From a virus, in IMG/VR virus record IMGVR_UViG_3300031718_000001, positions 101,086 to 165,085 of that record: a stretch of 64,000 nucleotides of DNA; one strand, given 5' to 3'. The notes under the pieces are model-generated. The model did no database searches. It saw nothing but the letters and a program-made list of their open reading frames with translations, and was not told the DNA's origin. Positions 46,097-55,231 of this stretch are shown here, one piece after another (the stretch's first letter is position 1; every line of letters begins with the position of its first letter). The translations under genes were made by a program, and so were the position numbers.

Positions 46097-47032
46097 ATGA
46101 CAAGGAATCGTAAGGACAGCAGGACCTCCTCGTTCGCCGCCGCCAAGGCAGCCCGGATCAGCGAGCTGACCGACCAGCTTTCCGCCGGCATCCAGGACCT
46201 TTCCACGACTGAGACGTGGCGGGACTACCTGGACTTCCAGGCCAAGTTCCCCCGCTATTCCTTCGGCAACGTGATGCTCATCCTGTGCCAGCTCCCGAGC
46301 GCCAGCATGGTGATGCCGTACGGCAAGCCGGGTAAGCCGGGCACCTGGATGAGCATCGGCCGGCACGCCAGGACCGGCGAGAAGGCCCTGTACATCCGCA
46401 AGCCGTCCATGCGGAAGATCGCCGCCGAGGACTCGGCCGACGGCCAGGAGCACATGGTCCGCAGCTTCGTCTGGGTTCCGGTCTTCGACGTATCGCAGAC
46501 CGACGGCGACCCCATCCCCGAGAACGGCGTGCAGCTCCTCGACGGCGACGACCCAGACGGCATCCTCGCCCTGGTCGTGAAGTTCATCGAGTCGCACGGC
46601 CTGGCCGTCGAGTTCGTCCCCGAGATCCCCGGCAGCAGCGCGAACGGCGACTGCGCCCCCGGAAGGGTCCGGGTCTGCACCTCCGGCCGCACCCCGCTCC
46701 AGCAGGTCAAGACGGCCATCCACGAGGCAGCCCACATGCTGCTGCACCTGGACTCGATCCTGTCCCGCGGGCTCGAGGAGCTCGAAGCCGAGTCGGTCGC
46801 CTATGTGGTCGCCCAGTACCTCGGCCTCCAGACCAGCGAGTACAGCTTCGGCTACGTGCTCGGCTGGGCCGGCGGCGCTGATCGCGCCGGCAAGGCGATC
46901 AGGGAGTCCGGCAACCGGATCCAGGACGCCGCCAAGAAAATCCTCACCGGGCTCGGCGCGATCGAGGCTGCCGGGTACGACGAGCCGGCCGCCGGCTCCG
47001 CGCCCGTCCTCGAAGAGGCTGTGGCCGCATGA
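46097..47032 (+). CDS. ardC: ArdC-like antirestriction protein (ssDNA-binding plus zincin domain)
   Basis: YSFGNVMLI..Q, W...GR....GEKA, VFDVSQTDG, HEAAH, E.EAES.AY. Confidence 0.85.
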   Translation: MTRNRKDSRTSSFAAAKAARISELTDQLSAGIQDLSTTETWRDYLDFQAKFPRYSFGNVMLILCQLPSASMVMPYGKPGKPGTWMSIGRHARTGEKALYIRKPSMRKIAAEDSADGQEHMVRSFVWVPVFDVSQTDGDPIPENGVQLLDGDDPDGILALVVKFIESHGLAVEFVPEIPGSSANGDCAPGRVRVCTSGRTPLQQVKTAIHEAAHMLLHLDSILSRGLEELEAESVAYVVAQYLGLQTSEYSFGYVLGWAGGADRAGKAIRESGNRIQDAAKKILTGLGAIEAAGYDEPAAGSAPVLEEAVAA

Positions 47033-47451
47033 CTCTCCTGCTCGCCGAGCCCCAGGCAGCGGTCCTGGGGCTCGACCCCTCCCAGGTCGATGAGCTGCCC
47101 CTCGGCACCGTCTACCTGCTCCACCTGAACACCCCGGTACGGGCCTACACCAGCGACTACACCTGGAGCCACTACATCGGCCACGCCGACCAGGGGCGCC
47201 TTGTCATCCGCCTCGGCCAGCACGAGAAGGGCCACGGCGCCAGGTTCCTCCGCAAGGCCCTGGCCCAGGGCTGCACCTGGCACCTGGCCCGGGTGTGGAC
47301 CGGCGCCGACTACAAGCGCGAGCGCCAGATCAAGAAGCAGGGCGGCGCCAGCCGGTTCTGCCCTTCGTGCGGCATCATCACCGCGGCCGAGCGCCAGGAG
47401 TTCCGTGACCTGCTCGGCCGCTACATCACACCACCTGCGAGGACCCAGTGA
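47029..47451 (+). CDS. GIY-YIG nuclease-like protein
   Basis: VYLLH...HYIG...RLGQH..G.GAR...ERQIK. Confidence 0.7.
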   Translation: MTLLLAEPQAAVLGLDPSQVDELPLGTVYLLHLNTPVRAYTSDYTWSHYIGHADQGRLVIRLGQHEKGHGARFLRKALAQGCTWHLARVWTGADYKRERQIKKQGGASRFCPSCGIITAAERQEFRDLLGRYITPPARTQ

Positions 47452-47867
47452 ACAAGGACGCATATACGAAAATCGAGCAGGCCAACGGCCTGATCGGCGA
47501 GGTCCACCAGCTCCTCAAGGAGTACCGCGACGGCCTCGTAGCCGACGGCGTGGACGACGGCCGCCTGGCCCAGGCCCAGGAAGCGCTCGACTCGGTGCAC
47601 AGCACCTGGTCGGCCATGCCCTTGACCCGTTCCCTGGTCTGGAAGATCGCAGAGCAGCACGGCAAGCCGCCTGCGATCGAGACCGTTCAGGTCGAGGTGA
47701 CCATCGAGCCCCGGTTCCGCGACGGCTGCTACACCGAGAACACGCTCCTGGAGATCCCGGCAGGCCTGAGCGGCCAGGCCCGGGAGGACGCCATTATCGA
47801 TGCCGCCGCCAGCGAGGTCGTGAACGAGCAGGTGCCATGGGGCGCCCAGGAAGTCGAGGAGTCATGA
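47448..47867 (+). CDS. Hypothetical protein
   Basis: GTGA overlap in the early operon. Confidence 0.6.
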   Translation: MNKDAYTKIEQANGLIGEVHQLLKEYRDGLVADGVDDGRLAQAQEALDSVHSTWSAMPLTRSLVWKIAEQHGKPPAIETVQVEVTIEPRFRDGCYTENTLLEIPAGLSGQAREDAIIDAAASEVVNEQVPWGAQEVEES

Positions 47868-48190
47868 GGGCGGCGTTCGTCCCGGAGACCGGCCAGCGTG
47901 TCCGCGTGCGGCGCTGGGAGGTGCCGTGCCCGGAACTGGAGGGCGGCCCCCAGCGCACGCTGGCCGTCGAGCTGACTGGTACCGTGCAGCGCGTTGACGA
48001 CGGCCGGAGCGCCCGGCCGATGCACGATCCCGTCATCTACCTGGACATCGCCACCATGGATGTCACCTTTGACGCGCTCGGCGACGAGCCGGGCGATAAC
48101 TGGATGATCTGCCTGGGTGATGTCTTCCTGGGCCAGGAGCCGGATCACGGCTACTCCTGGACGTTCCAGACCGAGGTGGAAACGCTGTGA
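47864..48190 (+). CDS. Hypothetical protein
   Basis: ATGA overlap and RBS GAGGAG (MRAAFVP...). Confidence 0.6.
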   Translation: MRAAFVPETGQRVRVRRWEVPCPELEGGPQRTLAVELTGTVQRVDDGRSARPMHDPVIYLDIATMDVTFDALGDEPGDNWMICLGDVFLGQEPDHGYSWTFQTEVETL

Positions 48191-48360
48191 ACGAGCGGGA
48201 CTGGCGCGACCTGGCCAAGGTGCTCACCGAAGGCGAGCGGCGTACCTGGAGTGTCCAGGACGCCACTACGCACCACCTCGGCAGCGTGCTCCGGGCGATG
48301 GCCCAGCGCTGCACCGAGATCGCCGATGAGCGCCAGGCCGAGGCGGGGAACTCGCTATGA
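48187..48360 (+). CDS. Hypothetical protein (57 aa)
   Basis: GTGA and ATGA overlaps on both sides (VNERDWRDLAK...). Confidence 0.55.
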   Translation: MNERDWRDLAKVLTEGERRTWSVQDATTHHLGSVLRAMAQRCTEIADERQAEAGNSL

Positions 48361-48638
48361 GCACGACGACGCTCACGGTCCTCGGGGCGACCGCCAGGCG
48401 CGGCCGGGAGATCGTCGCCCGCATGCGGTACTCGGGCAAGGTAATCACCATCCTGACGCCCGACGGGCATGCGCTCGGCCGGCTGATCCCCGTCGGCTAC
48501 CTCAAGGGATCCCTGGACAACCCCGACAGCTTCGACGTGTGGACGGCCAGGCACCCGGCCGTGCACACGCCCAGCGACACCACGCTGGCGTACGGCCTGC
48601 CCAAGGCCGAGGCCATCCAGTTCCTGCTCGATCTCTAG
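48357..48638 (+). CDS. Hypothetical protein
   Basis: Coupled ORF. Confidence 0.6.
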   Translation: MSTTTLTVLGATARRGREIVARMRYSGKVITILTPDGHALGRLIPVGYLKGSLDNPDSFDVWTARHPAVHTPSDTTLAYGLPKAEAIQFLLDL

Positions 48639-48641
48639 GAC

Positions 48642-48670
48642 TTGTGCAATACAGCTTTTCTTGCTAATGT
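48642..48670 (+). promoter_or_regulatory. SigA-like promoter with early-gene box
   Basis: TTGTGC-17 nt (AATACAGCTTTTCTTGC)-TAATGT. Confidence 0.7.
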
Positions 48671-48707
48671 GGCTTCTATGCAAGGAACCCAGCCGGAAGG
48701 AAGCCCG

Positions 48708-48998
48708 ATGATCAGCCGCGTTATCGTCACCACCGAACCGAACGCCGTTTCCCAGCGCGCCTGGGACGACTTCTGCCACGCCCGCGGCCTGGTCCTCCAG
48801 CCCAGCGGCTACTTCAAGTCCGAGAGCGGTCTGCGTGCCGGCTGCCAGAAGGGCCGGGTCTCGTTCTTCTCCCGGACCACCGGCTACCCGTCGGTCACCA
48901 CCGACCTGCTCGCCCTCTACGCGGGCAAGTTCATTGCCGAGTTCGGCGGCCGGATCACCCGCACCGACAACATGCCAGTCAGCCTGGTCGGTGCCTGA
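48708..48998 (+). CDS. Hypothetical protein
   Basis: RBS GGAAGG; an alternative leaderless start is at 48678. Confidence 0.55.
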   Translation: MISRVIVTTEPNAVSQRAWDDFCHARGLVLQPSGYFKSESGLRAGCQKGRVSFFSRTTGYPSVTTDLLALYAGKFIAEFGGRITRTDNMPVSLVGA

Positions 48999-49483
48999 TG
49001 CCGGAAATGGTGGGCTGGGACACCAGCGACTACGAGCCCGAGGATCTCACGGTCGAGGCCGTCGTCGATATGGTCAAGGGCTGCGGCGACTATGAGGACC
49101 AGGTGGCCGTCACCGACCACGAGGGCAACGCGCTCAGGGTCCTGGGAGTCCGCAGCCACGACTACCGCGTGGAGATCGTCACCGACGTTCCCGGCCGTAC
49201 GCCCTACGTCCAGGACGACAGCAAGCCGGATGACCGGCCTGCTCCGTCCGGTGAGGGCAACGACTCCCGGCTGCTGCGCTGGGTCCGCGAGAATGTGCCC
49301 GACCGGCGCATCCGCCGCAGCGGCATCGATCCAGTCACCCTGACCGGCGGCGAGATCTTCGACCTGCTCTTCGAGGTCGCCGAGAGCTTCTACGGCCGGG
49401 GCGGCGCCGACTACCAGGCGGCCGACGAGCGCGATCCGATGCGCCGCGTGAGCGCCATCCTGCGGGCCAAGGGCCTGTTATGA
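48998..49483 (+). CDS. Hypothetical protein
   Basis: TGATG coupling. Confidence 0.6.
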   Translation: MPEMVGWDTSDYEPEDLTVEAVVDMVKGCGDYEDQVAVTDHEGNALRVLGVRSHDYRVEIVTDVPGRTPYVQDDSKPDDRPAPSGEGNDSRLLRWVRENVPDRRIRRSGIDPVTLTGGEIFDLLFEVAESFYGRGGADYQAADERDPMRRVSAILRAKGLL

Positions 49484-49830
49484 ACGACGACTACGACGCC
49501 AGCCGTCTGCCCAGGCGCGGGCAGGCGGCTGTTGCCGCGTTGCGGGACGAGATCGAGCGGCTGAATAAGGAGGTCGAGCGCCTCCGCGGGCGCCTGGAAG
49601 CTAGCGCGGCCGGCAGCGATACCTTTGCCGAGCCCTACGACGACACTCCGCAACCGCTCGGCCGGGGGACGATGGTCCGGTTCAACGGGGCCGACACCAC
49701 GGGCGACACCTACGACGTGCAGATGCGCGACGGCGACCTGTACGTCCTGGTGAACGGGATGCAGGGTGACACCGCGATCGTTCCGCAGTCCAACAACACC
49801 ATCCGTATCCGCAAGATCTCCCGGCGCTGA
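49480..49830 (+). CDS. Hypothetical coiled-coil protein
   Basis: ATGA overlap. Confidence 0.6.
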   Translation: MNDDYDASRLPRRGQAAVAALRDEIERLNKEVERLRGRLEASAAGSDTFAEPYDDTPQPLGRGTMVRFNGADTTGDTYDVQMRDGDLYVLVNGMQGDTAIVPQSNNTIRIRKISRR

Positions 49831-49896
49831 GTTGCGCCATTACAGGTTTTCTTGCTAAGCTGTAGCTACAACATCAACCCGATGAAGGGACAGAAA

Positions 49897-50643
49897 ATGA
49901 CCGAGACGACCGAGCGCGCTGCGGGCACTGCCGAACTGGCGCAGGTAGCCCCCGGTGTCCTCGCCCGCGTGCGGGACGCAAAGCCCTGGACGATCGCCGA
50001 GCTGGCCGACCTGATGGCCGCCCCCGCTCGCGAGCTGCCAGAGGACGCGCCGTTCCCCGCTCCCGCGGAGCCCGTCACGTTCACCGACAAGCTACGCAAG
50101 GCGCTCCGCAGCCTGCCTGCTGTCTTCGGCCAGGTCGCTCCCCTGAAGAACCGAGCCCTGGACGAGACCGAGCTGGTGCGCCTGACCGAGGAGATCAACG
50201 CGATCGATGAGCTGTCTGGTCAGCTCGGCGACCGCAGGAAGTCCATCCAGGAGTACCTGCGGACGCACATGGACTTCGCGGCCGAGGCCCAGGGCCTGAC
50301 CCCCCTGTGCGACCGCGTGGCCGAGGGCGTGGCCGAGGGCCACTACCTCATCGCCTCACCGGGCGTGCCGTTCGAGGTGCCGGTCGAGGGTTACACCGAC
50401 TCCTGGCAGCAGCGTTACGTCAAGGGCAAGGTCTCGCAGAGCCTGGCCACCCTGAACGAGCTGCTGGACGCCGGCACGATCACCCAGGCCGAGTTCAACG
50501 CCTGCACCGCCACCGTCCGCATCCTGGACGAGGACAAGATCAAGCTCCTCATCAAGCGGACTCCCCGCCGCGGCCTGGCCATCCTGGCCGCGATCACCCA
50601 CCGCAGCGCACCCACCGCGTCGCTGTACGCCCCGAAGAAGTAA
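49897..50643 (+). CDS. Hypothetical protein
   Basis: RBS AAGGGA before MTETT; promoter TTGCGC-18-TAAGCT with box upstream. Confidence 0.65.
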   Translation: MTETTERAAGTAELAQVAPGVLARVRDAKPWTIAELADLMAAPARELPEDAPFPAPAEPVTFTDKLRKALRSLPAVFGQVAPLKNRALDETELVRLTEEINAIDELSGQLGDRRKSIQEYLRTHMDFAAEAQGLTPLCDRVAEGVAEGHYLIASPGVPFEVPVEGYTDSWQQRYVKGKVSQSLATLNELLDAGTITQAEFNACTATVRILDEDKIKLLIKRTPRRGLAILAAITHRSAPTASLYAPKK

Positions 50644-50656
50644 CCACGATGCACAC

Positions 50657-50687
50657 GGCCGCCGGGTGGATCACTCACCCGGCGGCC
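50657..50687 (+). terminator. Hairpin
   Basis: GGCCGCCGGGTG / CACCCGGCGGCC 12-bp stem after the stop codon. Confidence 0.55.
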
Positions 50688-50716
50688 TCTGCACGACAGG
50701 AGAGGATCACCCGACA

Positions 50717-51166
50717 ATGGCATCCCAGCAGGCCGCCGAACCGGTGTACATGGTCACCGAGGCGCGGCTGATCGCGATCAACTGGCGCAGGCGCCAGGCG
50801 CCGTTCTACCGCGTCGAGGAGCTGGCCAAGGGGTTCTTCGGCATGTCCGCCTCCTGGCTCCGGCTCAAGCTGAACCCGGACGCTGACCACCCGGAGACCT
50901 GGTTCGTGCGGAACGGCCAGAGGATGGAGTTCCGGCGCGCTGACCCGGAGCGGGCCGACAGCGCCCGCATCTTCACTCTGGCCGATGTCGAGCCGATGGC
51001 CTACAGCCTGGCTAACTTCGGCGCCATCGAGCCGGCTCGGCTCGCCCGGATCCTGGCCATCGTCCAGGCCGTGGGCGCGCTCTACGGACTGTTCGACGCC
51101 CCGGCTACTGAGCCCGGCGACGACCCGGATGCGGACGCCGAGCGCGACCTGGAGACCCGCGGCTGA
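50717..51166 (+). CDS. Putative DNA-binding protein (MerR-like HTH)
   Basis: YRVEELAKGFFGMSASWLR...RIFTLADVE pattern. Confidence 0.5.
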   Translation: MASQQAAEPVYMVTEARLIAINWRRRQAPFYRVEELAKGFFGMSASWLRLKLNPDADHPETWFVRNGQRMEFRRADPERADSARIFTLADVEPMAYSLANFGAIEPARLARILAIVQAVGALYGLFDAPATEPGDDPDADAERDLETRG

Positions 51167-52119
51167 TGACTGCGAGCATCACCGATTCGAGCCCGGCCGG
51201 GTTCCGGGCTCTAGCCGGCGAGACCTGGCCCGGGTCGAAGGTCCTCGCCGTGGACGGTACCGGCATGCTGGTCCGCTGCCACAAGGCAGCCCAGCACACC
51301 GGCCAGCCGCTGACGGCCGCCGACGGGACGCCTACCGGCACGCTGATGATGTTCATCGGCTCGCTGGCCAAGAAGCTGCGCGTGCTCCGGCCCGCTTACG
51401 CGGTGATCACCTGGGACGGGCCGCACGCCCGCATGTGGCGCCAGGACCTGTATCCCGGCTACAAGGCGAACCGGAACCCGCAGCCCGAGGACGGCCCCGA
51501 GCAGCGGCTGGCCGTGGAGTTCTGCCACGCTGCCGGGCTCCGCCAGCTCGCGGTACCCGGCTACGAGGCCGATGACCTGCTGGCCGCGGTGCAGCGCTGG
51601 ATCATCGCGAGCATGCCCGACACGCTCCTGGACATCTGCACCGATGACGCCGACCTGCTCCAGCTCCTGTTCCATCCCACAACCGCGGTCACCGGGCTGT
51701 CTTTTGACGCCATCCGCCTGGCGGAGGATGTCCAGGCGGAGTGGGGGGTCCATCCGCGGTTCCTGCCGTGCGCACGGGCACTGGCCGGGGACCAGAGCGA
51801 CAACATCCCCGGCTTGCCGGGGATCGGCATCCAGCGGGCCGCCAGGATGATCCGCGACTGCGGCTATGAGTGGCCGCTGCCGGACTGGATGCTGCCCGAC
51901 CCGGAACAGCGGCGCCTGGTGGGGGTGTGGCGCGACGTGATGGAGCTAGCCGAGCCACCCCATAAGCCGGAAGATGAACATAATGTCGGAATGGACTTTT
52001 TCGCCCTTAGCGGGCGCGCTGAGTGGAATCGCGAACTGAGGGAAGAACTGTTCACTTTCCTCGCGAAGTACCAGTTGTCCCGTCTGTCCGAAAGGGCTTT
52101 GAATGGGAAGTTGTGGTAG
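51166..52119 (+). CDS. 5'-3' exonuclease (Pol I N-terminal/FEN family)
   Basis: VDG, YPGYKANR, YEADD, DADLLQL, LAGDQSDNIPGLPGIG. Confidence 0.92.
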   Translation: MTASITDSSPAGFRALAGETWPGSKVLAVDGTGMLVRCHKAAQHTGQPLTAADGTPTGTLMMFIGSLAKKLRVLRPAYAVITWDGPHARMWRQDLYPGYKANRNPQPEDGPEQRLAVEFCHAAGLRQLAVPGYEADDLLAAVQRWIIASMPDTLLDICTDDADLLQLLFHPTTAVTGLSFDAIRLAEDVQAEWGVHPRFLPCARALAGDQSDNIPGLPGIGIQRAARMIRDCGYEWPLPDWMLPDPEQRRLVGVWRDVMELAEPPHKPEDEHNVGMDFFALSGRAEWNRELREELFTFLAKYQLSRLSERALNGKLW

Positions 52120-52254
52120 CGTCTGGATACTTGACCCGGCCGCCCGGCCGGGCCTAGCCTCACGAACGGGGGACTGATCACCGGCTCAGGCCGGCAAACA
52201 GCCTCTCAGCAGGTAAAACTCCTTTCGATCCTCAATCTGGAAGGTGGCCGCCAC

Positions 52255-52569
52255 GTGGCACAGGCATCCCTTCTTTCGGCATCTCCACGGCCGGACGTTA
52301 TTACCAGCGAGTCACTTGCAGCGCACATCCTGGCGGAGATCGCCCGAACGGGCGGTCCCCAGCTTCCTTGCTATCGGTCCCCGGAGATCCTGAATGGATT
52401 CTTCGAGCGGTTCGGGCCGGACGACGGAATGGCGATCTGCGATCAGGCATTCGGCATCCACAACGGCATGTGGCGCAGCGCGCCCGTGACCGTGTGGAGG
52501 TTCCAGGACACCCACGACACGTACTTCGCCAACCCTCTGCTGGAGGAAGCACGCGGTAGCGGTCAGTAA
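52255..52569 (+). CDS. Hypothetical protein
   Basis: RBS GGAAGG; upstream promoter TTGACC-18-TAGCCT at 52131. Confidence 0.55.
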   Translation: MAQASLLSASPRPDVITSESLAAHILAEIARTGGPQLPCYRSPEILNGFFERFGPDDGMAICDQAFGIHNGMWRSAPVTVWRFQDTHDTYFANPLLEEARGSGQ

Positions 52570-52588
52570 CAGATGACTGGGGAGAACC

Positions 52589-55087
52589 ATGACTGACAAA
52601 AACGAACCCCCCGCAAACTCCGCAGATGCAGGGGGTCCGGACAAAGAGGCCAAACGTCTCGACAGCCAGGATACTGGCGAGCTTGATGAGCTGCAACAAC
52701 CAGCGGGCCTGACCGGCGCCGTCCTGAACTCGGAGGAGGACGAGCGGCGCCGGGAACTGCTCGCGGCGGCCGTCGCCTACGCCCAGCGCGGCTGGGGAGT
52801 CATCCCCGTCCGGTGGGTGGAACCTGACGGATCGTGTGCATGCGCCCGGGGAGCCGAGTGCGCGAGCCCGGCGAAGCACCCGGTGCACGACGACTGGCCG
52901 GACGTGGCTACCTGCGACCCGGTGACCGTTGCCTCCTGGTGGCGGCCGGAGCCGGAGGGGATCGCCCGCGAGTGGTTCCCCCGCGCCAACATCGGCATCG
53001 TGACCGGCCGCAAGTCGGGCATCTTCGTGCTGGACGTGGACACCTACGCGGGCGGAAGCCAGACGCTCGGCGCCTACGAGCGCCGTAACGGCGAGCTGCC
53101 CGAGACCAGGGTGCACCAGACCGGCCGCGGGGGAACGCACTACATCTTCCCTCACCCGGGCTTCGACGTGCGCAACAGCGCCAAGAAGGTGCTCGGGCCG
53201 GGCCTTGATGTAAAGGGCGAGCGGGGCTTCATCGTCGCGCCGCCCTCGGAGTCCTCGTACGGCCCGTACGAGATCAACCCGGCCCATGACATCGATCCCC
53301 AGCCGGCCCCGGAATGGCTGCTCGACCTGCTGCGCAACTATGACAAGAGCCAGAACGGCAGCGCGATCTCCGGCGGTACCCCGACGGAGGCAACCGGAGC
53401 GGCGCGGCGCTATACCGAGGCTGCCGTCGCGGCCGAGTCCGAGCGGATGCGCAACTCGGAGTCGGGCAGCCGCAACGACACGCTCAACGAGTGCGCGTTC
53501 GCGCTGGGAACCCTGGGCGGAGCCGGCCTGCTGACCGAGGAAGTGGCGTACGCGGCGCTGAAGGACGCCGCCATGGCGGCCGGGCTGACCGAGACCGAGA
53601 TCCGCGGCACGTTCCTGTCCGGCTGGCGCAGCGGCCTCGACAACCCGCGCCAGGTCCAGTGGAAGTCGCTCCAGATCGAGTGGCCGACGCGCCCCTACAC
53701 CGAGTTCGGGCTGGCCGACCGGATGGCCGACCACTACGGCGATACCCTGCGGTGGTGCCCTGAGCTGTCCACCTGGATGGTGTACGAGCGGGGCGTGTGG
53801 AGGACCGGCGTGAAGGACGCCGGCGAGTGGTATGCCCAGGCGATGATCCGGCGCCTGGAAGATACCGAGGCGCTCAGCTACGACGAGACCCCGGAGACCG
53901 CCCCCGACGACACCGAGCTGCCCTCGCCGCGTGCCAGGTTCCTGGAGTGGGTGGGCAAGCAGCAGACCAGGAAGGCCGTCTCGGCCGCCGCGCGCCTAGC
54001 GACAGGAGTCCCGCTGATGCGCATGAACCAGTCCACCTTCGACGCCAGCCCGACGCTGCTGAACTGCCAGAACGGCGTAGTGGACCTGAGCACGGGGGAG
54101 CTGCTGCGGCACACGCCCGAGCAGCGCATGACGCTCCAGGCGGCTGCGGCGTACCACGAGGAGGGCGCCCCCCGCTGGGAGGCCTTCCTGCGGCGTGTGC
54201 AGCCCGAGCCCGAGATGCGGGCCTACCTCCAGCGGGTTGCCGGGTACTGCGCGACCGGCCTGACTACCGAGCAGGTCTTCTTCCTCTGGCACGGGAGCGG
54301 AGCCAACGGCAAGTCGGTCGCGCAGAACGTGCTGGCACACGTGCTCGGCACCTACGCCCAGACGCTGCCGGTGGACACGCTGATGGCCAGCTCGGTAGAC
54401 GGCCGGATCCCCAACGACGTGGCACGGATGGCCGGCCGCCGGTTCCTGGTGGCCAGCGAGACCAAGGCCGGCAAGGCGCTGGACGAGCAGCGCCTCAAGC
54501 AGCTAACCGGCGGCGACACGATCTCGGCGCGGTACATGCGGGCGGAGTGGTTCGAGTTCAGGCCGGTCGGCAAGATCCAGCTCACCACCAACCACCTGCC
54601 GCGCATGTCGGATGACTCGGCCACCTGGCGCCGCATCCACCTGATCACCTGGCCGGTGGCCATCCCGGAGGAGGAGCGCGACGGCTTCCTCCAGGAGCGG
54701 ATGCTGGCCGAGGAGTCGGCCGGGATCCTGTGGTGGATCGTCCAGGGCGCCCTGGCCTGGTCCCAGGAGGGCCTGAACCCGCCGCTGGCCGTCTACGAGG
54801 CGCGCGAGTCCTACCAGCGCGACGAGGACGTGGTTGGCCAGTTCGTCGAGGAGTGCCTCGACGTGGTGAAGCCGATGATCGGCGCCGTCGGCCGCGATAC
54901 GCGGACAATCTGGAACGCCTACGCCAACTGGGCGCGAAGCGAGGGGTACACGGTGGTGGGCCAGAAGATGCTCACCACCAGGCTGCGGAAGAAGTACGAG
55001 TACAAGCGCTCCAACGGCTGGGCCGGCTTCCCCGAGCTTCAGCTCAAGACCTACCTCGGAGGCCCGGACGGGAGCGTCAGTGCATAA
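52589..55087 (+). CDS. Bifunctional primase-polymerase fused to a P4/D5-type SF3 helicase
   Basis: CAC..CASPAKHP, NIGIVTG...VLDVD, TGRGGTHYIF, GSGANGKS, LTGGD.I.AR, TNHLP. Confidence 0.92.
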   Translation: MTDKNEPPANSADAGGPDKEAKRLDSQDTGELDELQQPAGLTGAVLNSEEDERRRELLAAAVAYAQRGWGVIPVRWVEPDGSCACARGAECASPAKHPVHDDWPDVATCDPVTVASWWRPEPEGIAREWFPRANIGIVTGRKSGIFVLDVDTYAGGSQTLGAYERRNGELPETRVHQTGRGGTHYIFPHPGFDVRNSAKKVLGPGLDVKGERGFIVAPPSESSYGPYEINPAHDIDPQPAPEWLLDLLRNYDKSQNGSAISGGTPTEATGAARRYTEAAVAAESERMRNSESGSRNDTLNECAFALGTLGGAGLLTEEVAYAALKDAAMAAGLTETEIRGTFLSGWRSGLDNPRQVQWKSLQIEWPTRPYTEFGLADRMADHYGDTLRWCPELSTWMVYERGVWRTGVKDAGEWYAQAMIRRLEDTEALSYDETPETAPDDTELPSPRARFLEWVGKQQTRKAVSAAARLATGVPLMRMNQSTFDASPTLLNCQNGVVDLSTGELLRHTPEQRMTLQAAAAYHEEGAPRWEAFLRRVQPEPEMRAYLQRVAGYCATGLTTEQVFFLWHGSGANGKSVAQNVLAHVLGTYAQTLPVDTLMASSVDGRIPNDVARMAGRRFLVASETKAGKALDEQRLKQLTGGDTISARYMRAEWFEFRPVGKIQLTTNHLPRMSDDSATWRRIHLITWPVAIPEEERDGFLQERMLAEESAGILWWIVQGALAWSQEGLNPPLAVYEARESYQRDEDVVGQFVEECLDVVKPMIGAVGRDTRTIWNAYANWARSEGYTVVGQKMLTTRLRKKYEYKRSNGWAGFPELQLKTYLGGPDGSVSA

Positions 55088-55190
55088 GTTCCTGGCGGAT
55101 GTGCACTGCCAGTGCACATCCAGTGCAGAACTGCCGGTCGAATTAGCGCTGGGACCGGCCAGCAGTGCAATAGTGCACATCCTGGCCGGT
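55077..55190. repeat. AGTGCA iterons with perfect 12-bp inverted repeat, putative replication origin
   Basis: GGATGTGCACTG-C-CAGTGCACATCC (55097-55121) plus four more (C/T)AGTGCA copies, right after the primase-helicase stop. Confidence 0.55.
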
Positions 55191-55231
55191 TTTAGCGCGA
55201 CGAAAACATCCGGAGGGAGGAACCGGGGCAC

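Noticed and set aside
52160-52250. Possible riboswitch in the leader before the primase operon
   Set aside because: Only fragmentary resemblance (GGCAAAC, CTCTCAG); the full glycine or c-di-GMP consensus is absent.
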